From Candidatus Benthicola marisminoris (GTDB lineage Bacteria > Gemmatimonadota > Gemmatimonadetes > Palauibacterales > Palauibacteraceae): a stretch of DNA of 62,930 nt. The stretch's first letter is position 1, and each line of letters starts with the position of its first letter. Where the stretch lies: contig JAMJQR010000033.1 of assembly GCA_023554335.1 (NCBI GenBank), positions 1 through 62,930 on the forward strand, in the 5' to 3' direction. This document shows positions 1 to 11,160 of the stretch, piece by piece. The notes under the pieces are model-generated. The model did no database searches and was not told the origin of the DNA. It was given only the letters and a program-made list of their open reading frames with translations. Position numbers and translations under genes: made by a program.

Positions 1-42
1 AGGGAGGCCACCAACGAGACCGCTGCCGGGGGGGAAACGACG

Positions 43-570
43 ATGCCGCAGCCTGAGGTGAAGGGCCCGCGAGTGCTGCTGGAGACGAGCGAAGGGAACA
101 TCCTCTTGGGGTTCTACCCGGAGGAGGCGCCGCTCAGCGTGGAGAACTTCCTGGCCTACGTCGAGGGCGGGCACTATGACGGTCTGATCTTCCATCGGGT
201 GATTCCTGATTTCATGATCCAGACGGGGGGACACGAGGCGGACCTCTCGATGCGCGAGCCGGGGCGAGCCTCGATCCGCAACGAATCGGACAACGGGGTC
301 ACGAACGCCCGGGGGACCATCGCGATGGCGCGCACCGGGGACCCTCACTCGGCGACCGCCCAGTTCTTCATCAATCACACGGACAACACCTTCCTGGATT
401 ACGGGGCCCGAACCCCGGGCGAGTGGGGGTACGCGGTGTTTGGCGAGGTGCTCGAGGGCATGGATGTCGTGGATGCCATCGCGGCCGTCGAGACCGGAGT
501 CAGCGGCGGGATGGCAGACGTCCCAACAGAGACCGTCACCATCGTGTCGGCTCGGGCAGTGCAGCCCTAG
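43..570 (+). CDS. ppiB: peptidyl-prolyl cis-trans isomerase, cyclophilin type
   Basis: 175-aa ORF with the cyclophilin core FHRVIPDFMIQTGG and a GTIAMARTG...SATAQFFIN segment. The frame stays open to the window edge upstream, so a longer N-terminus cannot be excluded. ATG 43 gives a normal cytoplasmic cyclophilin length. Confidence 0.9.
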   Translation: MPQPEVKGPRVLLETSEGNILLGFYPEEAPLSVENFLAYVEGGHYDGLIFHRVIPDFMIQTGGHEADLSMREPGRASIRNESDNGVTNARGTIAMARTGDPHSATAQFFINHTDNTFLDYGARTPGEWGYAVFGEVLEGMDVVDAIAAVETGVSGGMADVPTETVTIVSARAVQP

Positions 571-583
571 ATCACTCCGCCAG

Positions 584-623
584 CCGAGGGCCGGCGCAGG
601 AGTCCTCCCGCGACGGCCCTCGG
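584..623. terminator. inverted repeat between convergent ppiB and rocD (bidirectional terminator candidate)
   Basis: ccgagggccg (584-593) is the perfect reverse complement of cggccctcgg (614-623). The 20-nt interior can pair further (aggag/ctcc). It sits exactly between two convergent stop codons. No U-tract. Confidence 0.4.
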
Positions 624-628
624 ACCCT

Positions 629-1843
629 TCAGACCGCTACGCCGGCCGCGAGCACTTCCTCGAATACGGGGAGTGCCGCTTCCAGGGCTTCCCGTTCGAT
701 CACGAGGGGGGGAGCGATGCGGATCGTGTGGTGGTGCGTATCGTTGCAGAGGATGCCGCGCTCTTTCAGCCCCTCGCAGAACGGCCGGGCCATCCCGGAT
801 TCGGGCTTGATCTCCACTCCGATCATCAGTCCGCGGCCGCGCACCTCCTTGACATGCGGAGAGTCCATTGCTCGCAGAGCGCCCATGAACCACTCCCCGA
901 GCTCCTGCGCTCGGTCGGCAAGTCCCTCGTCGAGGATTACGTCGAGGGAAGCCTGGCCCACGGCCGCACCGAGCGGATTCCCTCCGAAGGTGGACCCGTG
1001 GTCGCCGGGGTGGAATACGTCCATCACCTCGTCGTTCGCCAGGATGGCAGACACGGGATAGACCCCTCCCCCCAGCGCCTTACCGACGATGAGGACGTCG
1101 CCGCGCGTGCCGTCCCAGTCACCGCAGAACAGCTTGCCGGTCCGGCCGAGACCGGTCTGGATCTCGTCATTGAGGAGCAGCACGTCGTGTGCAGAGCAGA
1201 TCTCCTGGGCCCTTCCAAGATACCCATCCGGAGGCACGACGATGCCTCCCTCGCCCTGGATGGGCTCCACCAGGAAGCCGACCGTATCGGAGGTGATCGC
1301 GGCCTCGAGCGCGTCCAGGTCTCCGTGCGGCACGAACGTGAAACCCGGGGCGAAGGGACCGAAGCCGTCCCGGTACTGGTCTTCGGAGGAGAAGCCGACG
1401 ATCGTGGTCGTACGGCCGTGGAAGTTGTTCTCGCAGACGATGATCTCGGCCCGGTCCTCCGAGACCCCCTTGACCTTGTAGCCCCACTTGCGGGCCGCCT
1501 TGATCGCCGTCTCGACGGCCTCTGCTCCCGTATTCATGGGCAGGGCCCGCGAGAAGCCGGCGGCTTCGGCCAGGGCCTTGAGGAAGGTCCCCATGCGGTC
1601 GTTGTGGAAAGCTCTCGAGGTGAGAGTCAACCGGTCAGCCTGCTCCTTGAGTGCTCCCACGATCCTGGGATGCCGGTGACCCTGGTTGAGGGCCGAGTAG
1701 GCGCTCAGCATGTCGAGGTACCGGTTCCCGTCCACGTCCCACACCCACCAACCATCGCCTCGCTCTATGACGACTGGGAGCGGCGCGTAGTTGTGAGCAC
1801 TCCAGCGCTCCGCCTCCCGTACATAGCTCTCCGTCCGTTCCAT
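629..1843 (-). CDS. rocD: ornithine--oxo-acid aminotransferase (class III PLP aminotransferase)
   Basis: Strong ornithine-aminotransferase-like sequence (MERTESYVREAERWSAHNYAPLPVV..., AYSALNQGHRHPRI, HGSTFGGNPLG). The track ORF extends to 1957, but ATG at 1843 is preceded by GGAG (reverse complement of ctcc at 1851-1854) and gives the normal 404 aa. Confidence 0.92.
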   Translation of the reverse strand: MERTESYVREAERWSAHNYAPLPVVIERGDGWWVWDVDGNRYLDMLSAYSALNQGHRHPRIVGALKEQADRLTLTSRAFHNDRMGTFLKALAEAAGFSRALPMNTGAEAVETAIKAARKWGYKVKGVSEDRAEIIVCENNFHGRTTTIVGFSSEDQYRDGFGPFAPGFTFVPHGDLDALEAAITSDTVGFLVEPIQGEGGIVVPPDGYLGRAQEICSAHDVLLLNDEIQTGLGRTGKLFCGDWDGTRGDVLIVGKALGGGVYPVSAILANDEVMDVFHPGDHGSTFGGNPLGAAVGQASLDVILDEGLADRAQELGEWFMGALRAMDSPHVKEVRGRGLMIGVEIKPESGMARPFCEGLKERGILCNDTHHHTIRIAPPLVIEREALEAALPVFEEVLAAGVAV

Positions 1844-2062
1844 TCTCGAACTCCTTGGATCTCTGAATCCGCATTGGCTGGAGGTCGATCGACCACCTCG
1901 CCGGCGGGAGGTTAGGCTGTTGTCGGTTGCGGAGCAACGGCTCGGCACGCCCGCCACGGCGCGGTCCCCCGCGAGGACTGGACAGGGGAGCCCGGGCCCT
2001 CCATAATCGGTGCCTCAGGACACGCTCGAGTGGCCCGAGGAACGAACGAAACCGGGGTACCC

Positions 2063-2173
2063 ATGTACATCATGATCACCGCGATACTCGCCGTGTTGAT
2101 CGCCGGAATCGGCGGCACGATCGCTTTCTTCTGCCGGCTCCCGGAGCTCGACGCTTCCGACGACGCGGCCTGA
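2063..2173 (+). CDS. candidate small single-pass membrane peptide (36 aa), unannotated in the ORF track
   Basis: ATG 2063 to TGA 2171-2173 encodes MYIMITAILAVLIAGIGGTIAFFCRLPELDASDDAA, one hydrophobic helix plus an acidic tail. By my hand count, about 31 of 36 codons end in G/C. Caveat: an antisense frame shares the same third positions, and the SD is weak. Confidence 0.35.
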   Translation: MYIMITAILAVLIAGIGGTIAFFCRLPELDASDDAA

Positions 2174-2176
2174 TCC

Positions 2177-2199
2177 GACCGGCTGGCCTGCGGCCGGTC
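2177..2199. terminator. hairpin between the small ORF stop and the DUF1028 gene stop
   Basis: gaccggc(tg) at 2177-2185 pairs with (cg)gccggtc at 2191-2199: 7 Watson-Crick pairs, one G-U and one G-C, with a 5-nt loop. It lies between convergent stops at 2173 and 2202. Confidence 0.35.
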
Positions 2200-2201
2200 C
2201 G

Positions 2202-3224
2202 CTACCGGTCGGCCTCGATGATCCTCTCCACCATTTCCGCGTCGTCCGGGAGCAACTGCGCTCCCACGAGCCGGGGTACGAGCTCTCTCCATTCGGGATG
2301 CAATCGATAGGCCTCGGCGAAGAGGGGAAGGGACTCTTCGACTCGCCCGGCACTCGCCAGTGTCACGGCGTGCCAGAAGATGGGCTCGGACTCCCCCGGA
2401 AGCAGGCCCTCGGCTTTCCTGTATTCCTCGACCGCAGCATCGATGTTGCCCCGAGTGACCTGCTCGTCTCCCTCGTTCATGTGGCGGTATGCACGCGCCA
2501 CCACGAGGAGGCGGCGGAGTTCCACCAGCGGCTCATCGTGATCGTCCACGCGCAGATCGAACTGCCGGTCCTGCCATTCTCGCCCCGACGGCCTGGCGGC
2601 TACGACGAGCAACGCAGCGGACTGCCGTCCGCGGATGTCGCCGCCCTCGGCCTCAGCCGCCTCCAGCGCTGACATCAATCGCTCGGCAAGGTCTCCCGCG
2701 TTGGACGAATAGGCCCGCACCATCGCGTCGCAGACCGTGGGGTGATGCATCAGGTTGGCCTGGACGGTGAACCCTTCTCCTTCGAAATGGCAGGCCTCCT
2801 CGATGGCCAGGGAGCCGGTATGCACCGCCGTGCCCCCGGCGGCGTCGACCATCCCCACCTGTCGGACCTCAGGGTGGGAATCCGCAGACACCAGGCCCCG
2901 GAGCGCCTGATCCGCCGTGCTGCCCGTGCCCATGAGCACCAGCCCGTTCGCTCCGTACGACGGATCGATAAACGACTGGGTGGCGATCGCCCCTACGCCG
3001 CTCTCCGCCCAGACGACGGACGAGCCCACGGAGAACCAGTGGGACTGAACGGCGACGCCGAGCTCACCGGTCTCCGCGTCGCGGGCAACGATGGAGTACG
3101 TGCTCACCGGGCGCAGCGGCCGATCCAGCCCCTGGGCCCACGCCATCGAGTCGGACGGTGAGATTGCCGCCGAGAACAGGATCACGGTGGACAGTCTGGC
3201 CAGCCATGCTGAGGGTGACGTCAT
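2202..3224 (-). CDS. secreted DUF1028-family (Ntn-hydrolase fold) protein
   Basis: 340 aa with an N-terminal signal-like segment (MTSPSAWLARLSTVILFSAAISPSDSMAWAQG), followed by TYSIVARDAETGELGVAVQSHWFSVGS, typical of DUF1028. GGGAG lies 7 nt upstream of ATG 3224. Confidence 0.8.
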   Translation of the reverse strand: MTSPSAWLARLSTVILFSAAISPSDSMAWAQGLDRPLRPVSTYSIVARDAETGELGVAVQSHWFSVGSSVVWAESGVGAIATQSFIDPSYGANGLVLMGTGSTADQALRGLVSADSHPEVRQVGMVDAAGGTAVHTGSLAIEEACHFEGEGFTVQANLMHHPTVCDAMVRAYSSNAGDLAERLMSALEAAEAEGGDIRGRQSAALLVVAARPSGREWQDRQFDLRVDDHDEPLVELRRLLVVARAYRHMNEGDEQVTRGNIDAAVEEYRKAEGLLPGESEPIFWHAVTLASAGRVEESLPLFAEAYRLHPEWRELVPRLVGAQLLPDDAEMVERIIEADR

Positions 3225-3414
3225 GACAGTTCTCCCGTTGGGGTTCTGGGCTTACGCTCCCCGAATGCGGAGGAGTGTACGGCGGCGATCGACGGCGCGG
3301 AAGTTCGGCGGGTCTGGTTCGCGAGCGGCGTACGGAAACGGAAGCGCGTAAAACACAAACCAAGAGGCGTTTGAGGCGGGAATGTAATGTCGATTCTAGA
3401 GCTGTTCCGGCCTG

Positions 3415-3443
3415 TGGACAGTACCGGGGCGCGATGCTATATT
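3415..3443 (+). promoter_or_regulatory. sigma70-like promoter candidate (TGGACA-N17-TATATT)
   Basis: TGGACA at 3415-3420, a 17-nt spacer and TATATT at 3438-3443, in a visibly lower-GC patch about 45 nt upstream of ATG 3488. The promoter consensus for this lineage is unknown. Confidence 0.3.
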
Positions 3444-3487
3444 TGACGGCCCTGCAGTTCTCGTCTGGACCCAACTACGAGGTATGC

Positions 3488-3739
3488 ATGACAAAGCACT
3501 TCCGGGACGACAGTGGAAGAAGGTGGAAGGCGTGGCTTGCTTCGCGTGACGTCTTCTGGCCCGATCCTGACAAGACCGGAGCGAAGGACGATAACGAGTC
3601 GGTCATTTTCGTGTGCTTCTCCGACCCTGCCCAGCCGCAGCGTCGCATCCGACTGCCCGCCGGTTCGTTCGAGGCTCTCAGCGTCGAAGACCTGAAGAGC
3701 AGGTTCAGCGTCGCCGAGCCGGATCCAGCCATCCGCTAG
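3488..3739 (+). CDS. hypothetical protein (83 aa), no recognisable family
   Basis: ATG 3488 is preceded by GAGG (3479-3482). Sequence: MTKHFRDDSGRRWKAWLASRDVFWPDPDKTG...SVAEPDPAIR. Codon third positions are GC-rich. The longer track ORF (from 3275) runs through the low-GC promoter-like region and is unlikely. Confidence 0.55.
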   Translation: MTKHFRDDSGRRWKAWLASRDVFWPDPDKTGAKDDNESVIFVCFSDPAQPQRRIRLPAGSFEALSVEDLKSRFSVAEPDPAIR

Positions 3740-3848
3740 CTCGACGGACGCTCGACCCGGATCGAGCGAGGGGCGTGACACCGGCAGGTTCCCGGCGTTG
3801 CGCCCCTTTCTTATGAATCTCCAACGACCCGACATAGCGGGAGCGCAG

Positions 3849-4976
<1,128 letters not shown>

Positions 4977-5003
4977 CCTTTTCCTGCCCGGAGACTAGAG
5001 AGA

Positions 5004-6257
<1,254 letters not shown>

Positions 6258-6324
6258 GTTCGGCCGCAGGCGGCGTCGGACCCCGGTCCGACCCGGGGGA
6301 GAACAGCCAGATACGGAGGGACGT

Positions 6325-8136
6325 ATCGGGTCACGGACGCCGACGCGAGTCGGGCTGCTGGTCGCGATCTGCCTTTGCTCGGCTTCGGGCCTGCGGGGCC
6401 AGGAGCCGGAGGGGCAGCCCCGGGAAGCAACTCCCGATTCTCTCGTCGGAGAGTTGCAGGGAGAGTTGACCGGTACGCTGGCGGACAGCGCAAGTGAGTC
6501 CGCGTTCCAACAGATCGTGGAAGAGTTGAGGCCCCCTGCCGAGGGGTGGTCGTGGTCAACGTACGAGTGGGATCGCGAGACGATCCTGCGATCGAACGCC
6601 ATGACGCTGCAGGACCTCCTCGCTGAGATGGTCCCCGGATACACCACCCTGCGCACGACCTGGTTCGGAGGTCCTCACTACGCGCTGCAGGGGGCGATCG
6701 GGCCGGGGTTCCTCTCGGTCTCCATGGACGGCCGAGAGCTGACCACGCTGGATGCGGGCCAGGTTGACCTGACGCGCATCGCGCTGGCCGGAGTCGAGAG
6801 CGTCAGGGTTCGGCGCCGCGCCGATGGCTGGATCGCCGAAGTCACCACATTGCGGAGAGAGAAGCGAGAAGCGTACTCCCGGATCACAGGCGGAACGGGA
6901 GATCCGGGGCTGAGCCGCCTGCGCCTGCTGTTCGGCAACGGGCTGGGTCGCAACTTCAATCTCGGTACCGGGATCGACCTGCTCGATACAGGCGGAGAGA
7001 CGCCCTCGAGCGACTTCAACTTCTGGGGCCGCGTGGAGTGGCTGCCGACCGGCGGGGACACAGGCCTCGAACTTCACTGGGTCACCGAGTCGATGGAGCG
7101 CACGGTGTACTCGGACGAAGAGCTGAATCGCACCGAGCTGTTCGCACGGGGCAGGGGAAACCTGGGCAAACATCTCCAGGTTGAAGCGTTCGCCGGCACT
7201 TCGGGGCTCAGCCTCGAGGGCGAGAGCGTGCGGACGGTGGCCAACGGCGGTTTCCGTCTCTCGGGGGAATCGAACGACGGGTGGTTCCGCTCGTCTTTCA
7301 GGCTCTGGGACGACCCCTCGTATCCGGTCGTCGATGCCGACCTCGAAGGTGGGTACCGGGCGCTTTCCTGGCTGTCGTTGAACGCGGGCGGACGCATCGG
7401 GTCGTGGAACGACTTCGGGACCTCGGAGCTCCGGGCCGGTCTGGCAGCGCAGGTTCGCCCCCTGCGCCTCACCCTCACAGCCGACGGTGCGACGGGTACG
7501 CGCGGTGTGTCGTACCCCACGCTCGGAAGGGCCGATTCCGTTTCGTTCGATCTCGCGGCGGGCGGGCTGGCGCTGCAGCTGGGCCCCTTCACTCTCTCCG
7601 GGCGCGGAGAGTATCAGAAGCTCAGCCGCCAGCTCCCGTTCGGTGCCGTGTTCGACCGGGAGCAGGAACCGCGAGGCGAAGTAGAGCTGGGTCTGGCCGA
7701 GGCCGGCGTGCAGGGACCGTTGATTCCCCTGGGACTCGTACTGGAGAACGTGTCCCCGATCGCGCTCCGCGGCTTCTTCCGATATGCGAACGTGCTCAGC
7801 GGCGAAGACCCTCTCTACGTTCCGGAGAGCGTCGCGCGAGCCGAGCTATTCTGGCACGACTCGTTCTTCGAGGAGGAGCTGGAGGTGAGCGCCACCTTCG
7901 GTCTCAACTACCGGGACGCGATGCTCACGGCGCCCTCACCGGCTGCCGGGGGCACGCTGCCCGTCGAGGTGCCTTCGTATGGCTTCATCGACTGGAACCT
8001 CATGATCCGGATCCTCGGCGTGCGCATATATTGGCGGTACGAAAACCTCACCGCCTCCAGCGGCGAGGACCTGCCCGGGCTCGCATTCCCGGTGCGTCGA
8101 TCCGTCTTCGGAGTGAAATGGGAGTTCCTGAATTGA
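6325..8136 (+). CDS. outer-membrane beta-barrel protein with TonB-dependent-receptor plug-like N-domain
   Basis: Plug-like segment (LQDLLAEMVPGYTTLRT...VESVRVRRR), a long Gly/aromatic-rich barrel-like region and a C-terminal FGVKWEFLN. A signal peptide (RTPTRVGLLVAICLCSASG) begins near 6334. The start is uncertain: the only ATG/GTG/TTG in frame is TTG 6175, which lies 83 nt inside icd. GGAGG at 6315-6319 points to ATC 6325. See finding. Confidence 0.6.
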   Translation: MGSRTPTRVGLLVAICLCSASGLRGQEPEGQPREATPDSLVGELQGELTGTLADSASESAFQQIVEELRPPAEGWSWSTYEWDRETILRSNAMTLQDLLAEMVPGYTTLRTTWFGGPHYALQGAIGPGFLSVSMDGRELTTLDAGQVDLTRIALAGVESVRVRRRADGWIAEVTTLRREKREAYSRITGGTGDPGLSRLRLLFGNGLGRNFNLGTGIDLLDTGGETPSSDFNFWGRVEWLPTGGDTGLELHWVTESMERTVYSDEELNRTELFARGRGNLGKHLQVEAFAGTSGLSLEGESVRTVANGGFRLSGESNDGWFRSSFRLWDDPSYPVVDADLEGGYRALSWLSLNAGGRIGSWNDFGTSELRAGLAAQVRPLRLTLTADGATGTRGVSYPTLGRADSVSFDLAAGGLALQLGPFTLSGRGEYQKLSRQLPFGAVFDREQEPRGEVELGLAEAGVQGPLIPLGLVLENVSPIALRGFFRYANVLSGEDPLYVPESVARAELFWHDSFFEEELEVSATFGLNYRDAMLTAPSPAAGGTLPVEVPSYGFIDWNLMIRILGVRIYWRYENLTASSGEDLPGLAFPVRRSVFGVKWEFLN

Positions 8137-8164
8137 ACCGAAAACGCTATACTCATCGGTTCCT

Positions 8165-9064
8165 ATGATACGCAGCATGACGGGCTTCGGGTCGGCGTCC
8201 ACGACGACGGGCGGGGTGAATCTGAGTCTCGAGCTCCGCTCGGTGAACTCGCGGCACCTGAAGATTCACTTCCGGTTGCCGCCGGGTGCGGAGCGACTGG
8301 AGGAGACGCTGCGCGAGGTACTCGGAGCGAGCGTAAGCAGGGGGCACGTCGATGTGACGCTTCGAGTCGGGGACTCGGGTGAATCCGGGGAGGGGGCGGC
8401 GAAACCGGCCTATCGCCTGGACGAGGCCCGTGCCCGCGCGTACCTGGAAGCGCTTGCCACCCTCAAGGAGCAGTGGGACCTGCCCGGAGAAGTAGATGTG
8501 GGCCTTCTAGCTCGTTGCGACCGGTTGCTCGAGGAAGTCGCGACCGACCCGGTCGAGGCGGTGACGGATGAGTCGGTCCGCGGGCTGGCCGGCGAGGCGG
8601 CCGCGCAGCTCGTGGAGATGAGACTCCGCGAGGGAGAGCGCCTGGCGACTGACCTGCTCGGACGCGTCGAGGCGCTGGATGCGGGGTTGAGCGCCGTCGA
8701 AGAGCTGACGCCGGCAAGGCTCGAGCGTGAGACCGATCGCCTGCGCCGCTCCATCCGGGAGCTGACGGGAGACGTGGAGGTCGACCCGGACCGGATCGCT
8801 CGCGAGATCGCGTTCATAGCGGACAAGTGGGACATATCGGAAGAGCTGGTGCGGGCGCGCGCGCACTTGGAGGCGTATCGGGAGCTGGTGGACGCCCCGG
8901 AAGAGGAGCCGGTGGGGAAGCGGCTGAGCTTCCTGGGACAGGAGCTTCTTCGCGAGGTCAACACCATCGGATCGAAGGCGAACGATGCGACGATCGCGCG
9001 AATCGTGGTCGAGATGAAGAACGAGCTCGAGTCGCTGCGGGAACAGAACGAGAACGTGGAATGA
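8165..9064 (+). CDS. yicC: YicC-family stress-induced protein
   Basis: N-terminus MIRSMTGFGSAS and C-terminal EVNTIGSKAND motif are characteristic of YicC/TIGR00255. The conserved yicC-gmk-rpoZ neighbourhood supports the call. Confidence 0.88.
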   Translation: MIRSMTGFGSASTTTGGVNLSLELRSVNSRHLKIHFRLPPGAERLEETLREVLGASVSRGHVDVTLRVGDSGESGEGAAKPAYRLDEARARAYLEALATLKEQWDLPGEVDVGLLARCDRLLEEVATDPVEAVTDESVRGLAGEAAAQLVEMRLREGERLATDLLGRVEALDAGLSAVEELTPARLERETDRLRRSIRELTGDVEVDPDRIAREIAFIADKWDISEELVRARAHLEAYRELVDAPEEEPVGKRLSFLGQELLREVNTIGSKANDATIARIVVEMKNELESLREQNENVE

Positions 9065-9074
9065 GTCGACTGTC

Positions 9075-9752
9075 GTGAGACCGGCCCCTGCTCACCTGTT
9101 TCCGATCGTCCTCGCGGGTCCGTCGGGAGGCGGGAAGACCACGGTCCGTCGGGCGCTTCTCGGTCGCCGCTCGGATCTACGGTTCTCGGTCTCGGCGACG
9201 ACCAGGGCACCCCGACCGGGCGAGGTGGACGGACGCGACTACCAGTACATGGACCGAGCGACCTTCGAGCGCCTCATCGAGGCGGAGGAGCTGCTGGAGT
9301 GGGCGCAGGTGCACGGTGACCTGTACGGCACGCCGCGTAGCAATCTGCGTAGTGCCTGGGACGAAGGTCTTCACTTGCTGCTCGACATCGACGTTCAGGG
9401 GGCGCGGCAGCTGCGCGCAGTGCAGCCGGATGCGGTGACGATCTTTCTGCTGCCGCCCAGCTACGAGCGTCTGGTGGACCGATTGCGCAACCGGGGCAGC
9501 GAGGATCGAAGCTCCTTTCGGAAGCGAATGCGTTCGGCACTGGCGGAACTGGCCGAAGTCGAACGTTTCGACTACGTGGTGGTGAACGATGATCTCGAAG
9601 ATGCAGTGCGCGCCGTGGAGTCCGTGATCGCGGCTGAGCGCCACAAGTTGAGACGGCTGACCCCGGACGTGATGCAGGTCGTCAGGGATCTCAGCGATTC
9701 TTTGAACGGGATGCTGTTGGCATCCGATGAACAGGAAGCGAGAAACGCATGA
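9075..9752 (+). CDS. gmk: guanylate kinase
   Basis: P-loop GPSGGGKTT and SATTRAPRPGEVDGRDYQY. GTG start. Confidence 0.93.
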   Translation: MRPAPAHLFPIVLAGPSGGGKTTVRRALLGRRSDLRFSVSATTRAPRPGEVDGRDYQYMDRATFERLIEAEELLEWAQVHGDLYGTPRSNLRSAWDEGLHLLLDIDVQGARQLRAVQPDAVTIFLLPPSYERLVDRLRNRGSEDRSSFRKRMRSALAELAEVERFDYVVVNDDLEDAVRAVESVIAAERHKLRRLTPDVMQVVRDLSDSLNGMLLASDEQEARNA

Positions 9753-9964
9753 AGGTGTTCACTCCCGATGACCTGGTCCCGGCCGCGTCGGACAAGTACC
9801 TGGGGGTACTCGTCGCGGCCAAGTACGCGCGCGAGCTGAACGCGCTGCCGCTGGAGCGCTCGCCGTATGGCGCGGACAAGCTAACCACGATGGCTTTGGC
9901 AGCCATTTCGTCGGGTCAGCTGGAGTATCGGCTGGTTCGGAAGCGCGGAGCCACGTCCGAGTAA
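9749..9964 (+). CDS. rpoZ: DNA-directed RNA polymerase subunit omega
   Basis: 71 aa, DKYLGVLVAAKYARELN, in the classic gmk-rpoZ position. ATGA overlap with gmk. Confidence 0.88.
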   Translation: MKVFTPDDLVPAASDKYLGVLVAAKYARELNALPLERSPYGADKLTTMALAAISSGQLEYRLVRKRGATSE

Positions 9965-11160
9965 TGAGCTCGTTGGGCGGGCGCCGCGTTCTGCTGGTGG
10001 TCTCGGGAGGGATCGCCGCATACAAGAGCGTGATGCTCGTCCGGCTGCTCCGTCGCGCCGGTGCCCGGGTTGACGTCGTGATGACATCATCCGCCGAGAG
10101 GATGGTGGGCGTGGCGACGTTCGAGGCGCTGACCGGGCGACCGGTGTTCACGGATCTTTGGACCGAGCCGCTGGCCCACATCGAACTGGGCCGGGAGGCG
10201 GACCTCGCCGTCGTTGCGCCCGCCACTGCGAACATACTTGCCCGGATGGCGCATGGGTTGGCGGATGACATGGCGACCTCGACACTCCTCGCGGCCGCGT
10301 GCCCCATCCTGGTGTGCCCGGCGATGAACCTCCGAATGTGGGCGAACCCGGCAACGCGGGAAAACATGCGCACCCTCCGCTCGAACGGCGTCCACGTCGT
10401 GGGTCCGGAGGAAGGAGAGCTAGCGGAAGGCGAGGAGGGGCCCGGCCGGATGTCGGAGCCCGACGACATCTTCCAGGTCGCGGCCCGGCTCCTGGTCGGC
10501 AAGTCCGGCCTGGCAGGACGAAAGGTCGTGGTCACGGCGGGCCCGACGCTGGCCCCGCTCGACCCGGTACGTTTCGTGGGCAATCGCTCATCGGGACGAA
10601 TGGGCATCGCGCTCGCGATGGCGGCCTGGACGAGAGGCGCGGAGGTCACGCTGATCGCGGGGCCGACCTCGGTGCAGCCGCCGCACGGCCCGAAGGTGGT
10701 CCGGGTGGAGACCAGCGAGGACATGGGCAGGGCGCTGGAAACGGAGCTGGACGATGCATCGGTGTTGATCATGGCCGCGGCCGTATCCGATTTTGTCGTC
10801 GACCATCCGTCGGAGACGAAGATCAAGAAAGCGGGTGCCGAGGGGTTGGAACTCCGGCTCGAGCCGGGTCCGGATCTGCTGGCCGAAACCCGGAAGCAGC
10901 GCGCGTCCAGGGGAATCCTGACGCTCGGCTTCGCACTGGAGACCGACGACCCTATTGGAAACGCCATGAAGAAGCTGTCCGCGAAGGGTCTCGATCTCAT
11001 CGCCGTGAACGAGGCCGGTCGGCCGGACAGGGGAGTCGATGCCGAAACGAACCAGGTCACCCTGATCGATTCGGAGGGCGTAGTCGTCGAGTTTCCGCTG
11101 ATGCAGAAGACGGAAGTCGCGGAGAGACTGTTGGACCACCTGGAGGAACGCCTTTCGTGA
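9964..11160 (+). CDS. coaBC: bifunctional phosphopantothenoylcysteine decarboxylase / phosphopantothenate-cysteine ligase
   Basis: Flavoprotein N-domain (VSGGIAAYKS, PAMNLRMW) and CoaB C-domain (RFVGNRSSGRMG). Confidence 0.95.
   Translation: MSSLGGRRVLLVVSGGIAAYKSVMLVRLLRRAGARVDVVMTSSAERMVGVATFEALTGRPVFTDLWTEPLAHIELGREADLAVVAPATANILARMAHGLADDMATSTLLAAACPILVCPAMNLRMWANPATRENMRTLRSNGVHVVGPEEGELAEGEEGPGRMSEPDDIFQVAARLLVGKSGLAGRKVVVTAGPTLAPLDPVRFVGNRSSGRMGIALAMAAWTRGAEVTLIAGPTSVQPPHGPKVVRVETSEDMGRALETELDDASVLIMAAAVSDFVVDHPSETKIKKAGAEGLELRLEPGPDLLAETRKQRASRGILTLGFALETDDPIGNAMKKLSAKGLDLIAVNEAGRPDRGVDAETNQVTLIDSEGVVVEFPLMQKTEVAERLLDHLEERLS

Noticed and set aside
440-1915. 491-aa + strand ORF covering the whole rocD locus
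   Set aside because: It is antisense to a gene with unmistakable ornithine-aminotransferase sequence. Its translation is Arg/Gly/Pro/Ala-rich with no recognisable motifs. This is the typical shadow ORF that GC3-rich genes generate on the opposite strand.
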